This document shows, piece after piece, positions 1 through 13,495 of a stretch of 64,000 bases of DNA (position 1 is its first letter; each line of letters opens with the position of its first letter). Origin of the DNA: Octopus bimaculoides (Eukaryota); assembly GCF_001194135.2 (NCBI RefSeq), contig NC_068989.1:3397890-3461889 (forward strand), given 5' to 3'. Below the pieces are notes generated by a model. The model saw only the letters and a list, made by a program, of their open reading frames with translations, did not search any database and was not told the origin of the DNA. Position numbers and translations under genes: made by a program.

Positions 1-1699
1 TTTCAACTGTCTACAAACACAGCCAGGCTGAAATAATTAATGCATTCTTCCAGGAGTGAATAAAGAATTCTCAAACTTGAGTGGACGGGCCCCTTAGATA
101 CTAACATGGACCCCCAAATATAGATTCTAATGACGCAGTGGCCCACTTGCCATCGGGCAAGCTGGCAACCTGACCAGTCTGCCACTGCCTACACACCCAA
201 ATACATGAACACAAATACAAAAGACAAACATTTGCCTACACACAGAGAAATACCTGTATTTGTGCATATGTTTATGTAGGCGTGTATGTATGTCTATATA
301 TATATATCAGTTGGCTTTATTAACGCATGAAAGCAAGGCAGAAAAGAGAATGGCACTAATAAAGATAATTGGTGTTTATAATAGGTTGGTGAATTTGTTG
401 TTTTACTTAATTGTACACTGCGCATTGGCTTCCATGTAAATCCTGGTCCAGGACCTGATCTTTGATTCAAGTTCACCAATATACAAACACGCACACACAT
501 ATAGACACTTACACACACTCATATACATATACATGCACACACACACACACACACACATCTATACACACACACACACATATATATTTACACACACACATAC
601 ACATTTACACATACGTATATATTCACACACACGTATATCATTGTCGTTTAGCATAGAAGACAGGCGTTAAACGATGATGATATACACTCACACACAGACA
701 TATACATACACACACATACACATCTATACACACACACACATATATTTATACACACATATATTTACACACACACGTATATATATATATATACACACACATA
801 TATTTACACACACACACGTATATATATATATACACACACATATATTTACACACACACACACACACACGTATATCATAATAATCATTATCATTTAGCATAG
901 AAGACAGACATTAAACGATGATGATATTCATTCACACACACACACCTCTACCCGCACACACGCATATGTCTGTATGTTACTTCAATTATAAAAGGTAGAT
1001 GTCACTGTTTTCATAACTCAAACGGCCCCCTCCGTCCTAACCCCACACCCCTCCCTCCTTCCTTTCCTAAGTTCAGTTTCTTACTCCTCCTCCTGTCTTT
1101 CCCACTCTCCTCCCACATTTACCCCCCTCTCTCTATTGTGCCTTACAGATGTCTCTCTTCACTTCACTTGACTCTCATTCATCCTCACCTGCTTCTTGAA
1201 ACTTCTATCCATTCTTTTAGTTTCTAGTTCCCATGGTTCTTCTTCTTCTTCTCCCATCCCCCCCCGCCCCCAATCTCCCTTGCTGATCCTTTTCTCTGCA
1301 CCTCTCCCCCTTCCCTTTCATATTACCTGTTATTATGAATGCCCCCTTCCCAACCCCGGCAAAATGAACTTCCTGTCAGTCTAATTGATTAGTCTGGCGC
1401 AGTCTCTGTCATTGGTTTATTATACAATCATTTATCGCTACAGACAAGTATGTACAAGTGGTACATACATGAATATACAGGCAATCATATATATATATAT
1501 ATACATACATATATATATATATATATATAATCACTCACATACACACACACACACAACTGGCATAGGGAGATAAAAGGCTAAGACCCAGAGAAACGATATA
1601 TTTTTCATTTCATTTTCTTGAAAATTTCGAAGATCTTCCGTATCTGTATAGAAATAGACGAATAATTCCTTCATTTCTTCTAACATTATTACATATATA

Positions 1700-1895
1700 T
1701 ATATATATACGATATATATGGGAGAATATACAAATAATAACAACAGACGAGGACAGGTGGTGTAAATAACAAAAGTATATATTAGTATGACGCTCGGGAA
1801 TACGGAAAGTCTTTGACGTTTCGAGCTACGCTCTTCAACAGAAAGAATACGGAGACAAGGAGAAAAAAATTGAATAGTGTTCAGTCAACGGTCAA
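1700..1895 (-). mobile_element. Penelope-like element pLTR fragment carrying a hammerhead-like motif
   Basis: Minus strand contains tcttt-CTGTTGA-a-gagc-gta-gctc-GAA-ACGT-C-aaaga. The GAAACGTC motif with a short hairpin is typical of Penelope pLTRs. Boundaries approximate. Confidence 0.6.
1810..1846 (-). ncRNA. Minimal type I hammerhead ribozyme motif, A6U core variant
   Basis: Stem I tcttt/aaaga (5 bp), stem II gagc/gctc, palindromic helix III ACGU, GUC cleavage triplet; core reads CUGUUGA instead of CUGANGA. Confidence 0.6.
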
Positions 1896-4569
1896 TCATA
1901 ATATATATATATATATATATAATTTAATAATAGGATAGATTCTTTGTAAGAATTTATCAAGTAGTTAGTGTTTGCTAAAAANNNNNNNNNNNNNNNNNNN
2001 NNNNNNNNNNNNNNNNNNNNNNNNNNNNNNNNNNNNNNNNNNNNNNNNNNNNNNNNNNNNNNNNNNNNNNNNNNNNNNNNNNNNNNNNNNNNNNTATATA
2101 TATATATATATATATTTTTATTTATACAGGGCAAATAAGAAAATGGAGAAGGTAAACAATCGACAAACATCAGCCTGTAAACATTCAACTATATCTATTT
2201 ATTACTTGATTGTAATCACATGTGTAAGTGATCCAAATAAACGAATGAAATAAGCAAATAAATATATAAATAAAAATAAACGAACAGGAATAAATGAGTG
2301 AACAAATATGTATATACAGAGTTAATAGTTCTTCGTTGGTTTCGACGATGAGTATTGCAGTAGATCATCTGAAGTACTTGTTCATTAACTTAGCATATAA
2401 GCGGCTGAGTGTACCTTGAATTAATTCTGAGGTCTTAGCATCAGTGTGACAGAGTATATAGCATTGATATTTGTACACTCATTTAATTTTATTTATATAT
2501 TTATTTACTTATTTGCTTATTTCATTCGTTTATTTGGATCACTTTCACATATGATTGTAATCAATTAATAAATAGGGGCCGTGACTGCTGAGGACATGTG
2601 TAAGCTTACAGAGTAATGTGCCCTAACCATATGAGAAGGGGTTGATAATTTCAAAATTCAAGAATTCTCCAAATTAATATGCCATTAAGGAAAAGGATAA
2701 GTTTATTGTTTGGAGAGAACAGCTATGGACACATGATTCTGGCTCTATAGCGGTCATCAGCATGACAGTTGTCCAACTTTATCTCTTGTAGCCAAAGGAC
2801 GTAGACTAATACAAAATGGAGTTAGCTACATTAGTATGATGGTAGATGCGTCCACTGAAAATAACAGAATAAGGAAATGCAGAATTGGTCGCTGAGGATT
2901 ATAGAATAGGAAAAGGTAAACTTGACCGTTGAGAAGAGAAGAATGGAGAATAGTAGATCTGGTAAATGAGAATAAGAGAATAGACGATCTCAGTAATTCT
3001 TGAGTTAGGGACACAGAGAAGAGACTAACCTGTGATAGCCTTCTAATCAGAGGCAATGGACCTACAACTTGTTCATTAATCATTCAAAAGTCTAGCTCCA
3101 TGCTGCTGTTTCCACCACCACCACTACCATTACTACTACTGTTGTTGCTAAAAGAAGGAACCTTTACTTGGTTACACAATTTGCTAGAATTAGTAATTGT
3201 AGGCAATTCTAGATAATGTAATTCTATATCTAGAAAAACAGTAGAGAAAAAAAAAATATATGTAAAGATGTAAATAAGATCAAAACATAAGTGGATGATA
3301 AAAGATTAAGATTAAAGGAACTGCTACCCTTCCTCATTTCATGTATTTATTGATTGATACATTTCTTTCTGTGATCAACATGTTCAACCCATTCCCCACC
3401 CCCATGTCTCATAGCCATTCTTTTATTTATTGTGTAACAATAAGCACAACAAAGACCAACAACATTACCTTCTGACATTTTTGTATGCCTAATTTAACAC
3501 CTCAATGTTTATATATGAAACAGGAAAATTTTATGCTTTTTTGGCCCTTTTTTTTCCGGTAGAAGAATACAACACCACAAATACACACAAACACTATACA
3601 TATATAATTTTAAATCAAGAACCCTTTGTTGTACACTATAACTTTGCATTGTAATATCCTTCACAATCAAATATCAACACATCTCTCTCCCTCGCTCTCT
3701 TTCTCTATACATATAAATCATGTCAGTCTATGAATCTATCTAGCTGTAAATTGATTTGCAAATCTGTGCATTTATCTAACTACCAGTGTGTGTGTGTGTG
3801 TGTGTGTGTAGAGTGTATGATTACATGTGTATAATGTATGCATACATGTTTATATACCCATTCAGTTAAGCATAATAACTGAGTAATTATGATGTTGGCC
3901 TACCATCTTTTGTGTTTGAGGAATTCAAATCTACAAATGTTTTGACAAGTACACTTCATTCTACAAATTCAACTCCACCTGACAATATAAAACAGAAAGC
4001 AGGTTATTTAAGAACTTTACCTAAGATAAATTAGTCTCTTATTCAGAGGGAGATTTATCACTCACAGTGTCAGGTTCCATAAAACCACAGCTAAGTAACA
4101 GTACCTAACAGGTATTTGGTGCTACAAGAGACTCACATTCCGCATCTAATTAACTTGAGCTAAAGAGAGAGTTTCTTGTATTCATTTGACAAAGCTAAGC
4201 GCTTCGAATAACAGATAAGAGTCTCCCTCAAATCTCACACTACTGTCTTAAGGATGTATACATTGGATAGTGTAATCCAAGGTGATCATGGCTGCAGTAC
4301 TTTTGATCAATGAATGGTAACATTAACCAATCAATAAGAACAGATGAAGTCCGTAACAACAACAACATTCAACAACACCAACCTAACCACTTTACTGTGT
4401 CTTCTTGTGGTGTTGGTTGTTATTAGAAATAATACGAATGGAACCAGCGTCAACACCTTTTGTTTTGGGGTTGAAATATGTCCCAAGAAGAGAGGAGCAG
4501 TTCTTGTTGTTCAACCTCAGGTCATCCCAAAACCAAACAAAGCGATAATCAAAGACATTCCAGTTTTCA

Positions 4570-4797
4570 TGCCAGTGCCGCTGGACTGGCTCCTGTGCAG
4601 GTGAAACGTAAAATATACCGGTGGCACATAAAAGCACCCACTACACTCTCGGAGTGGTCGGCGTTAGGAAGGGCATCCAGCTGTAGAAACTCTGCCAGAT
4701 CAGATCCGAGCCTGGTGTAGCCATCTGGTTTCACCAGTCCTCAGTCAAATCGTCCAACCCATGCCAGCATGGAAAGCGGACGTTAAACGACGATGAA
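4570..4797 (+). mobile_element. Family A short retroelement with RTE-type (GAT)n tail
   Basis: gttaggaagggcatccagctgtagaaac...gcatggaaagcggacgttaaacgacgatga; about 15 recognisable copies in the window. Confidence 0.85.
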
Positions 4798-5869
4798 CAG
4801 CTGAGAGAAATAACTCAGAGTGGCCAGCAGTATGTATCTGAACAACATAGAGAAAATACAGGTCTATTAAATGCCATACAACATTGATGTATTAAAATTA
4901 CCTCCGTCTCTAGGGGACGTATCATAATGACCAATTGGCAATTAAGACCAGCTCCACATGAGAAGGGGAAATAATTAATTTCATGATGCAAGAATCCCAG
5001 ACATAAACCTGTCCTTTTCTTTAATGGCAGGTCAACTTTGGAGACTTTGACTCTCAAGATTGTTTTACTTTCTCACCTGCAACTGAGCTTAATTGCCATT
5101 TGCCAATTATGAGGTGGGGATAATTTTAATATATGTTGTAAGGTATATGATATACCTGTATGTGTTCATATAGATATCACATCTCTTTTCACTTCTGTTT
5201 GCATGGAAAATAAACTTCATTGCAATAGACTAGTACCCTATCCATTAGTAAATTTGTCTCTCAGCTGATCAAAATTATTCAAACCAGAGCCAATCCCTTA
5301 TTCAGTGGAGTGCAATGGTCCATGAAACAACACACACACACACACCCTTTACATTAGTTAATTCTAGTAGATTCTATGAAACCCAGGTTGAGTGGACGCT
5401 GAGAATTCCATTATGATGATTACAATTGCATATCTGTAGTTTAGGATACAGACCAATGGAATCAATAGTCTTGATTTACAAACCATTATGCTATCTGACG
5501 TAACATTTCCTAATCATGCAAAAGGAAGTCAGCTGAAATTTGGCTCAATAAAAAGGACCACTAACAAGCTTTAAAAAAAAACAAAAAAACACAGAAAAGA
5601 AAAATAAGGAAAAAAATGGAGGAAAAGTAATAGATAAAAGAATAGTAAAAAAAAAAAAAAAAATCCTGAATTTTATCCAGAACTTTCAAGACGATGGAAA
5701 TTTGCCATCGTAGCTGATAGCAGATAAAATGTTGAACAGAAGTTACTTTAGATGTAGACAAATGAAATGAAAGGGTATGTGTGTGTGTTGGGGAGCAGTG
5801 GTGGGGGTCATAAGACTAAATAAAAGTGGAGGCAACTACAATAGGATAAATGAATAGATAATAATAATA

Positions 5870-6360
5870 ATAATGGTTTCGAATTTTGGCACAAGGCCAG
5901 CAATTTCAGGAGGTAGGTGGGGGTGAGCTGATTATATTGACCCCAGTGCTCAACTGGTACTTGTCTTCTTGACCCCGAAAGGATGAAAGGCAAAGTTAAC
6001 CTCAGTGACATTTGAACTCAGATGGGTGAAATTCCGCTAAGCATTTTGCCCGGTGCAGTAACAATTCTGCCAGCCTGTAGCCTTATTATTATCATCATTA
6101 TTATTATCATTATTATTAATAATAATAATGTTTCAAATTAAGGCACAAGGCCAGCAATTTCAGGTGGAATGGGGAATTGGCTGACTATATCGCCCCCCAC
6201 CCCCCACCAGTAATTGACTATTTCTTTATTTTATGAGCTCCAAAAGGACAAAAGGTGAAGCAAACGCCAGCAGGAATTGAACTCAGAACAGGAAGAAATT
6301 CTCACAAAGCATTTATTTTTAGATTCTCTAAAAGTTCTGTCAGTTTGTCACCCAATAAAG
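5870..6360 (-). mobile_element. Two tandem family C tRNA-derived SINEs
   Basis: Minus strand carries gttctgagttcaaat (B-box-like), ctttcatcctttcggggtc and gtaccagttgagcactggggtc, ending in (TAA)n-type tails. Confidence 0.8.
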
Positions 6361-6384
6361 AAATAAAATAGTAATCAAAGAGGT

Positions 6385-6600
6385 CCACAGTACTGCCTGA
6401 CCGGCCCTTGCGCCAGTGGCACATAAAAAGCACCTGCCACACTCGGAGTGGTTGGCATTAGGAAGGGCATCCAGCTGTAGAAACATTGCCAGATCGGATT
6501 GGAGCCTGGCACAGCTCTCCAGCCTTGCCAGTCCTCAGTCAAACCATCCAACTCATGCCAGCATGGAAAGCGGATGTTAAATGACGACGACAATGATGAT
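6385..6600 (+). mobile_element. Family A element
   Basis: Shared body and gttaaatgacgacgac tail. Confidence 0.8.
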
Positions 6601-7127
6601 GGTTGAGAACCACTGACCTAAATTGGAAAAACAAAAGAACGTTACCAAATACTGCAAGAGCATTCCATCCCAAATTCTATTGATGCTACCAGTAACCATT
6701 TCTAAAATAGGTACAAAGCTAAATATTTAAGGGAGGAAGGAACAGTCAAACAGACCAATCAGTACTTAACTGTGACACATCCTGAGTCAGATGGAAAATA
6801 AAGTCACTTCAGTGGAATTTGAACTCAGGATATAAAAATATATGACCAAATTGAGTAATGTAGCTTTCCGATGTACCACAGATTCTGTCAATTCACTGAT
6901 GTTCAAGAATGAAGAATGTTATGTAGGAATAGAAGCGATATAGTCATTAGTATCAACACTAATGAATTACTAGTACTTAAGAGTTGGGAGTGGTCAGAGT
7001 AAGGTGGATGTTGTACTACAAGCGTAGGCAAGTGTGTGTGGGTGTGTGGAAAAGAGAGAGAGAGAGAGAGAACAAGGCACAAAATACTAGATTGTACAGA
7101 TGTATGTATGTATGTATGTACAGGAAG

Positions 7128-7164
<37 letters not shown>

Positions 7165-7739
7165 AAACAGGACCATAAGAAAGAGAGAAGGGGGGGACGT
7201 GTGTGAGTGAACATGAGTGTTTTTATATGCAGAAAAGAATGGAAACAAAGGAGACCAAACTACTTGTGTTGTTTATACCGGTGCCCCTCTCCCATGCACC
7301 TCCCACCCCCCACCTCACGCACAGACAAATTGGCCACTCTTCTTTGATTTCTCTGTAAAATATTCTTAATTTATTGGTTGTTTATTGTCTTTGAACAACA
7401 GCACAAAGCATTGTGTTTCTATGTCCAATAAATTAACCAGAATTGGTTAATCAATAAATCAATCAAACGAGCAAGTAATCAATCAATTGATACAAGGAGA
7501 TATACCTCCAGCGTTACCAGCAGTTATCTTTAACCACCCCAAAACTGAGATTTGGTGACAGTTTACTTTAGTACGATTTGAACCTGGAATGAATATGGCA
7601 ATATTATCTAACACTTTGTGGTTCTGCTAATGTGCAGTAATACTGATAATAATTGCACTTTTTACTACGCTATAATGAAGGGACAGAGCCCAGTTGCCAG
7701 GGTGGTGCACTCGCAATCATAATTCCCAGAACAGATAGT

Positions 7740-7870
7740 GTGTTGCGCCCTTGAGCAAAACACTCATTGCTCCTAACCACTCAGCTGTAAATGAGTACCC
7801 TGCAATGGACTAGCAGCCCATCCAGGGGGAATGTGATTTCGGTCCTTTATAAGCCATAGAAACTGAATAA
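7740..7870 (+). mobile_element. Old SINE body fragment
   Basis: cccttgagcaaaacact...ctgtaaatgagtacc...gcaatggactagcagcccatccaggggga resembles widespread invertebrate tRNA-SINE central domains. Confidence 0.45.
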
Positions 7871-8090
7871 CTGATATTTGACAATTTATATTTTATTCCG
7901 TTTTCGTTTTGCCTGTGAAGAGGAGTTTACCAAAAATGATATGTATGTATAATGAACACAGATGCACATATAATTACCTCTACACATATCTTTTTAGATC
8001 TAATTAAGATTTCCTTTATAATACATGTAAACATAGACATGAATATTTGTGTTTGTGCATATGTGTATATGTGTGTAGATACGTTTCAGA

Positions 8091-8145
<55 letters not shown>

Positions 8146-8372
8146 CAAGCACATTTATGGAGTTACACTTTTTATATATTTATATTTATGAATTTTTATG
8201 TGTTTATAAATTTTCGTGTATATGTATGTATTTATAGATTCTTAGAAATGTTTATACATCATATAGATGAATGCATCTATGTATGTGCCTTGTATACTAT
8301 GGAGAATTTTGTTAATACGGATTGAATGAATATATACATCGGCCTTTGAATTTGTTTTCTCCACTCATTAAT

Positions 8373-8403
<31 letters not shown>

Positions 8404-8994
8404 GTATACATACAGTGTATATAAATATGTTTTTAGGTCTTCTTAATGAGCTTTCAGTTTCCTTCATAATAATAAATATATGTGCCTCTGTATTTATAGG
8501 AGTTCATATACATATATATACACATACATACATATAACACATACACACACACACACATGTTGTGACTGTCAGCTTACTGTTCAGTACGACTGCTTTTTTT
8601 CGTGTTTCCTTCCTCTTTCCTTGTTGTATTGCTTCCCTGCCATGGGTCCTTACAATGATGAAGACATACACCAAGTATGGTGAGACCAAGTTTCCATCTC
8701 TTCAACACTGTTGGCACTTCATAGGGGGAAGCAGTCATGCAAGGGGACCAGAGGGTCGCAAATGCCCCCCCCTGCCTCTACTACCCCTTCCACGTACCCT
8801 CATGTAGCAAGGATGTTATGGAAGCAGTGATATTTCATTATCATAGATGTATATCATACCCTGACTGCAGAAACAAAAAGTCCATTGTCTGCCAGTAATT
8901 CTAGAAAGTGCTGACTTGGGGGGGGGGGGGCTCAAAAAGTACCAACACATCAGATTTTAAAGTGGCAAATCTTTGCGCTACATGTGTTATTCTC

Positions 8995-9660
8995 ATCATC
9001 ATCATCATCATTTTAATGCCCACTTTTCCATGCTTGCATGGGTCAGATGGAGTTTATTGAGGCAGATTTTCTAATGGCCAGACGTCCTTCCTGTTGCCAA
9101 TCCTCACCTGTTTCCAAGCAGAGTAATATTTTTCCTTGGTCAGAGATGTTCTCACGGAAGATTGGAAATGAATGACACAGTTTGTAAGACTGTGACATTC
9201 ATTTACAACTATGGCACAATATCACGGCTCACAGACAGACACACACACACACACCATCATTGTTTAATGTCCGTTTTCCATGCTAACATGGGTTAGACAG
9301 TTTGACTGAGGTCTGAAGAACCAACAGCTGTCCCAGGCTCCAATCTGATCTGGCAATGTTTCTACAACTGGATGCCCTTCCTAATGCCAACCACTCTGAG
9401 AGTGTAGTGGGTGTTTTTTACGTTCCACTGGCACATGAGCCAGTCAGGTGGGCCTGGCATCAATCAATTTGGATGGTGCCTTTACGTGCCACCAGCATGG
9501 GGTCCAGTTAGTGGGTACTGGCATTGACCATATTTGGATGGTGCTTTTTATGTGCCACTGGCACAGGAGCCAGTGTGGGGACACTGGCATCGACCACATT
9601 CAGATGATGCATTTTACATGCCACTTGAACGGGAGCCAGTCAGGGGACACTGGCCAAAGC
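8995..9660 (-). mobile_element. Two adjacent elements with family A tails; the second has about 4 internal ~65-bp tandem units
   Basis: (CAT)n-tttaatg(t)cc..ttttccatgct starts at about 8995 and about 9255; repeated ggtgctttt..gtgccac..gcac.ggagccagt units at 9415-9660. Confidence 0.8.
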
Positions 9661-10164
9661 TGGGATTTTGGTTATTTATATATATTTATACAATGGGCTT
9701 CTTTTAGCTCCAGCTTACAAATCCACTTTGAATTTTTAAACACCTACAAGTATAAGAAATATAAAACAAGCTGGCCAGAGACTATAAACATCATGGGTTT
9801 CAACAAAGACCATCTATTTCCTTTGTGCATTTATTTACATGATGCAATGTACATAACTGCACATATATGTACATGAGTATGCTCGCATAACTGCAAGACC
9901 ATTGGCTCTTTTGACTCCATCTGCCTTTCACAAAATGGTTTTCATCCTGTGCTGTCTCCAAAAGTTTTTTAACATGTATTTTAACCCTTTTAGCCTGTAA
10001 CACCAGTTTACCAGTGGATGGCTTATTTTTCTCTATACTGTAGCACCGGTAGAGTGCCAGGTATATGGTAAAATAAGGTTCAGGAGGTCAGGGGTCAAAG
10101 GGTCAAGTAAAAGGTTGACTGGCCTGAAGTTTTTTCCTCATATGAGGCTTGTTGAATGCTGGTT

Positions 10165-10596
10165 TATTCTTTGACTTGTTTCAGTCATTTGACTGTGGCT
10201 ATGCTGGAACACCACCTTTAGTTGAACAAATCAACCACAGGACTAATTCTTTGTAAGCCTAGTGTTTATTTTATTGATCTCTTTTGCTGAACTGCTAAGT
10301 TGCAGGGATGTAAACACACCAGCATCGGTTGTCAAATGATGTTGAGGGAACAAACACAGACACACACACACACACATATATATATATANNNNNNNNNNNN
10401 NNNNNNNNNNNNNNNNNNNNNNNNNNNNNNNNNNNNNNNNNNNNNNNNNNNNNNNNNNNNNNNNNNNNNNNNNNNNNNNNNNNNNNNNNNNNNNNNNNNN
10501 NNNNNNNNNNNNNNNNNNNNNNNNNNNNNNNNNNNNNNNNNNNNNNNNNNNNNNNNNNNNNNNNNNNNNNNNNNNNNNNNNNNNNNNNNNNNNNNN

Positions 10597-10628
<32 letters not shown>

Positions 10629-10770
10629 ACGAACTTCTTTCAGTTTCCATCTACGAAATCCACTAATTGCCCAAGGTTCCATGCAGTGGGACTGAACCCA
10701 GAACCATGTGGTTGGAAAGCAAGCTACCACATGGTTCCGGGTTCAGTGGTGAGACCTCAGTGAAACTTGA
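10165..10770 (-). mobile_element. Family B tRNA-derived SINE interrupted by an assembly gap in its internal microsatellite
   Basis: 3' half ttgtttcagtcatttgactgtggc... before the gap at 10389-10596; 5' half gggactgaacccagaaccatgtgg after it. Confidence 0.8.
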
Positions 10771-11584
10771 ACCCATGATTCTACGATGATGCTGGAAATA
10801 TATTCTACAAATTTTTTCCTTTTCCTTTAGAATTAGTCCTCAGAGGTCTCACATTCCAGAAATACTTTTGGTTGTAATATATCTTTAAAGAATGTCACTG
10901 TTGCTATTATCATATTTATTGTAGCTGTTCTGTTTGTTGTTGTTGTTGTAGTTTACTGCAGGTTTATTGTTGTAGTTTACTGCTGTTATGATTGTTCTTG
11001 CTAACCACTCCTATTTGCGATAACGGTGGCTGTCATTGTTCTGACGGCTTTCGATGGTTATTCGGAGTTTCTTGTGATGGTTTACTGGTATAAAACTGGT
11101 GGGTAGTTACAGTTGTAGTATTTAGAATTGTTGTTGTTGTGGTGGTGGTAGTTCACACAAAAACGTGCATTTATTTAATAAATAATAGGAAGTATTTCAA
11201 GAACTCCAATGAAACATTTCCCTTAAGTATGTGAAACTCCCAAAGTGGTTTTTGACTACAGTGAGATCGGATCAAATGCCAAGGAAATTTTAAAGTTATC
11301 AGCTGACAAACCAAGGAGGGAGCCTTTAGGTGATTGTTTGATCTGCTAAAAATAGCTGCTTTCAAATCACCACCCAGGGAAATAGAAGACAATAAATAAT
11401 GTAGTCCAATAAACTTCTAAAAAAGAAGTCTGGATGGTTATGGTAGGAACGTATTTAATCAGAGGGGGTCCTGCATCAGAGCTGATCTGGCACTAAATAA
11501 ACTAGTGTTACTTGAAGCCAACATAGGAATCACTGCATGGTCCCTTGTTCCGAGAAGAAAAATAAGGCAATGCGTCTTCATTTA

Positions 11585-11785
11585 TGGTAGTACGGTCATC
11601 ATCACTGTCGTTATCGTCGTCATCATCATCGTTGTCGTCATCGTCAACACCATCATCCTTGTCAACACCGTCATCATCATCATTGTCAACACCATCATCG
11701 TCGTTATTAGTCATTGTCATCATCATCATCAACATCATCATCAGCACCGTCATTGTCAACACCATCATCATCATCATCATCATAT
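11585..11785. repeat. Degenerate (CAT/CGT)n microsatellite
   Basis: Gives spurious poly-H/D/S/V ORFs. Confidence 0.9.
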
Positions 11786-12150
11786 GTCCATTTTCCAGGC
11801 TGGCATGGGATGGACCATTTAGAGGTGCTGGCAAGACCAGGGGCTGCACCAGATTCCATTGTCTGCTTTGGCTTGGTTTCTACAGCTGGATCATCATCAT
11901 CGTTTAATGCCAGCTTTCCATGCTGGCATGGGTTGGACGGTTTGATTGAGGACTGGCAAGCCAGAAGGCTGTACCAGGCTCCAATCTGATCGGGCAAGGT
12001 TTCTACAGCTGGATGCCCTTCCTAACACCAGCCACTCTGAGAGTGTAGTGAGTGCTTTTTACATGCCACCAGCACGGGAGCCAGTCAGGTGGCACTGGCA
12101 TCGACCATGCTTGAATGGTGCTTTTTACGTGCCACTGGCCCTTCCTAATG
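11770..12150 (-). mobile_element. Two tandem family A elements
   Basis: Two tails at about 11770 and about 11890. Confidence 0.8.
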
Positions 12151-13027
12151 CCCAGGTGGGATGGAGGGCAACATCAAGAGCTACCCCAAGAGGTACACAA
12201 TCTAGCCACACTGCTGTTTCTTATCATAGGTTTTGGTCTATCAGGGTTGACCCTGGAATGAAACAATGACAACAACTAAACAGCCACCCAAATGTAGAAA
12301 GAAACTATTTGTGTCAGATTGGAATTGATGTGCTACATAATTAGTTAGTTAATTAATTAATAACAAGAAATAAATACCTGTTAACATGTTAAAATGTCAG
12401 TGTGAATAAGTAGTAACATAGAAAGAAAGAAAATAAGTAAAAAAAAAAAAACATCCTTTCACCCCACCACCCCTTGCTATAAGTAGTTTCTTTTAATTAG
12501 CAGTTAAGTTAATTAGAAGCTCTTTTAATTAACAATATTTAAGGTCAATTACTGGTGTTGGTTCATCTTAATTAACAGTGGGGTAAACAAGATTTTGTGT
12601 GAATGAATGCATATTTAAGCAAGTGTGTGTGTGTGTGTGTGTGTTTGAGAGAGAGGGAGAGGGAGAGAGAGAGAGAGAGAGTGGATGTATTTATGTGTAT
12701 GTGTAAAATGTGAATATGTATGTGAGTGTGTGCCTGTGAGATGTGTGTACACGTAAAAGCACGTGCATAGATAAGAGTATGTTTATACATGCACATGTAT
12801 GTACATGGAGTGATGTATATATTTGCGTATGCAGATTGATGTCTCTACATACTGGTGGATGTGTGCACTCGTGTGGATACGTTGAGCTGTATACAGTCGT
12901 TTAGCCCCGAGTCAGGTGTTACCAAACAAATCTACGATCAAAGGAATTTCACTTTAGTCTCGATTGTCTTTGCACATTTGGTGCTTCTCAGACTACATTA
13001 TCCAGAATATTCTTCACTTTCCTTTCT

Positions 13028-13350
13028 AGGCATGACTGTATGGTTAAAAAGCTCAGTTTAAAACTACATGATTTTGGGTTCAATCTCCTTGAGTGGCACC
13101 TTGGGCAAAGGTGTTCAAATAGCCCAAGGTCACCTAATGCCTTGTGAGTGCATTTGGTAGACGAAAAATATGTGAAAGCTTGTCATATAATAGGCATCTT
13201 TTAGGTTCCATCTACCACATTTACTCACAAAGCTTTGGCCAGCTCAGGGCTATAGCAGAAGACATATGCCTAAAGAGCCACATAATAGGACTGAACCTGG
13301 AGCTATGTGGTTGGGAAGCAAGTTCCTTAACCACACAACCATGTTTGCAC
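13028..13350. mobile_element. Inverted pair of family B SINE 5' halves
   Basis: Plus copy 13028-13195 followed by minus copy 13205-13350. Confidence 0.75.
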
Positions 13351-13461
13351 TCTTACATAAGATAAATTTAAATATATTAGAAAGCCTTAGCTGTGATAAT
13401 GAATAATATGAATGTAAATACATTCCTCGTTTTATGCAACTGATGTGTGGAAAAGAGGTGT

Positions 13462-13495
<34 letters not shown>

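Noticed and set aside
620-935. Local duplication of tttagcatagaagac..ttaaacgatgatgata
   Set aside because: Fused remnants of family A tails within a CA/TA minisatellite, probably slippage.
2335-2376. Hammerhead-like CAGATGA...GAAAC on the minus strand
   Set aside because: U4 is replaced, there is no UH site and no stem I pairing.
11505-11997. Overlapping His/Asp/Ser-rich ORFs
   Set aside because: Translation of a (CAT/CGT)n microsatellite plus SINE tails.
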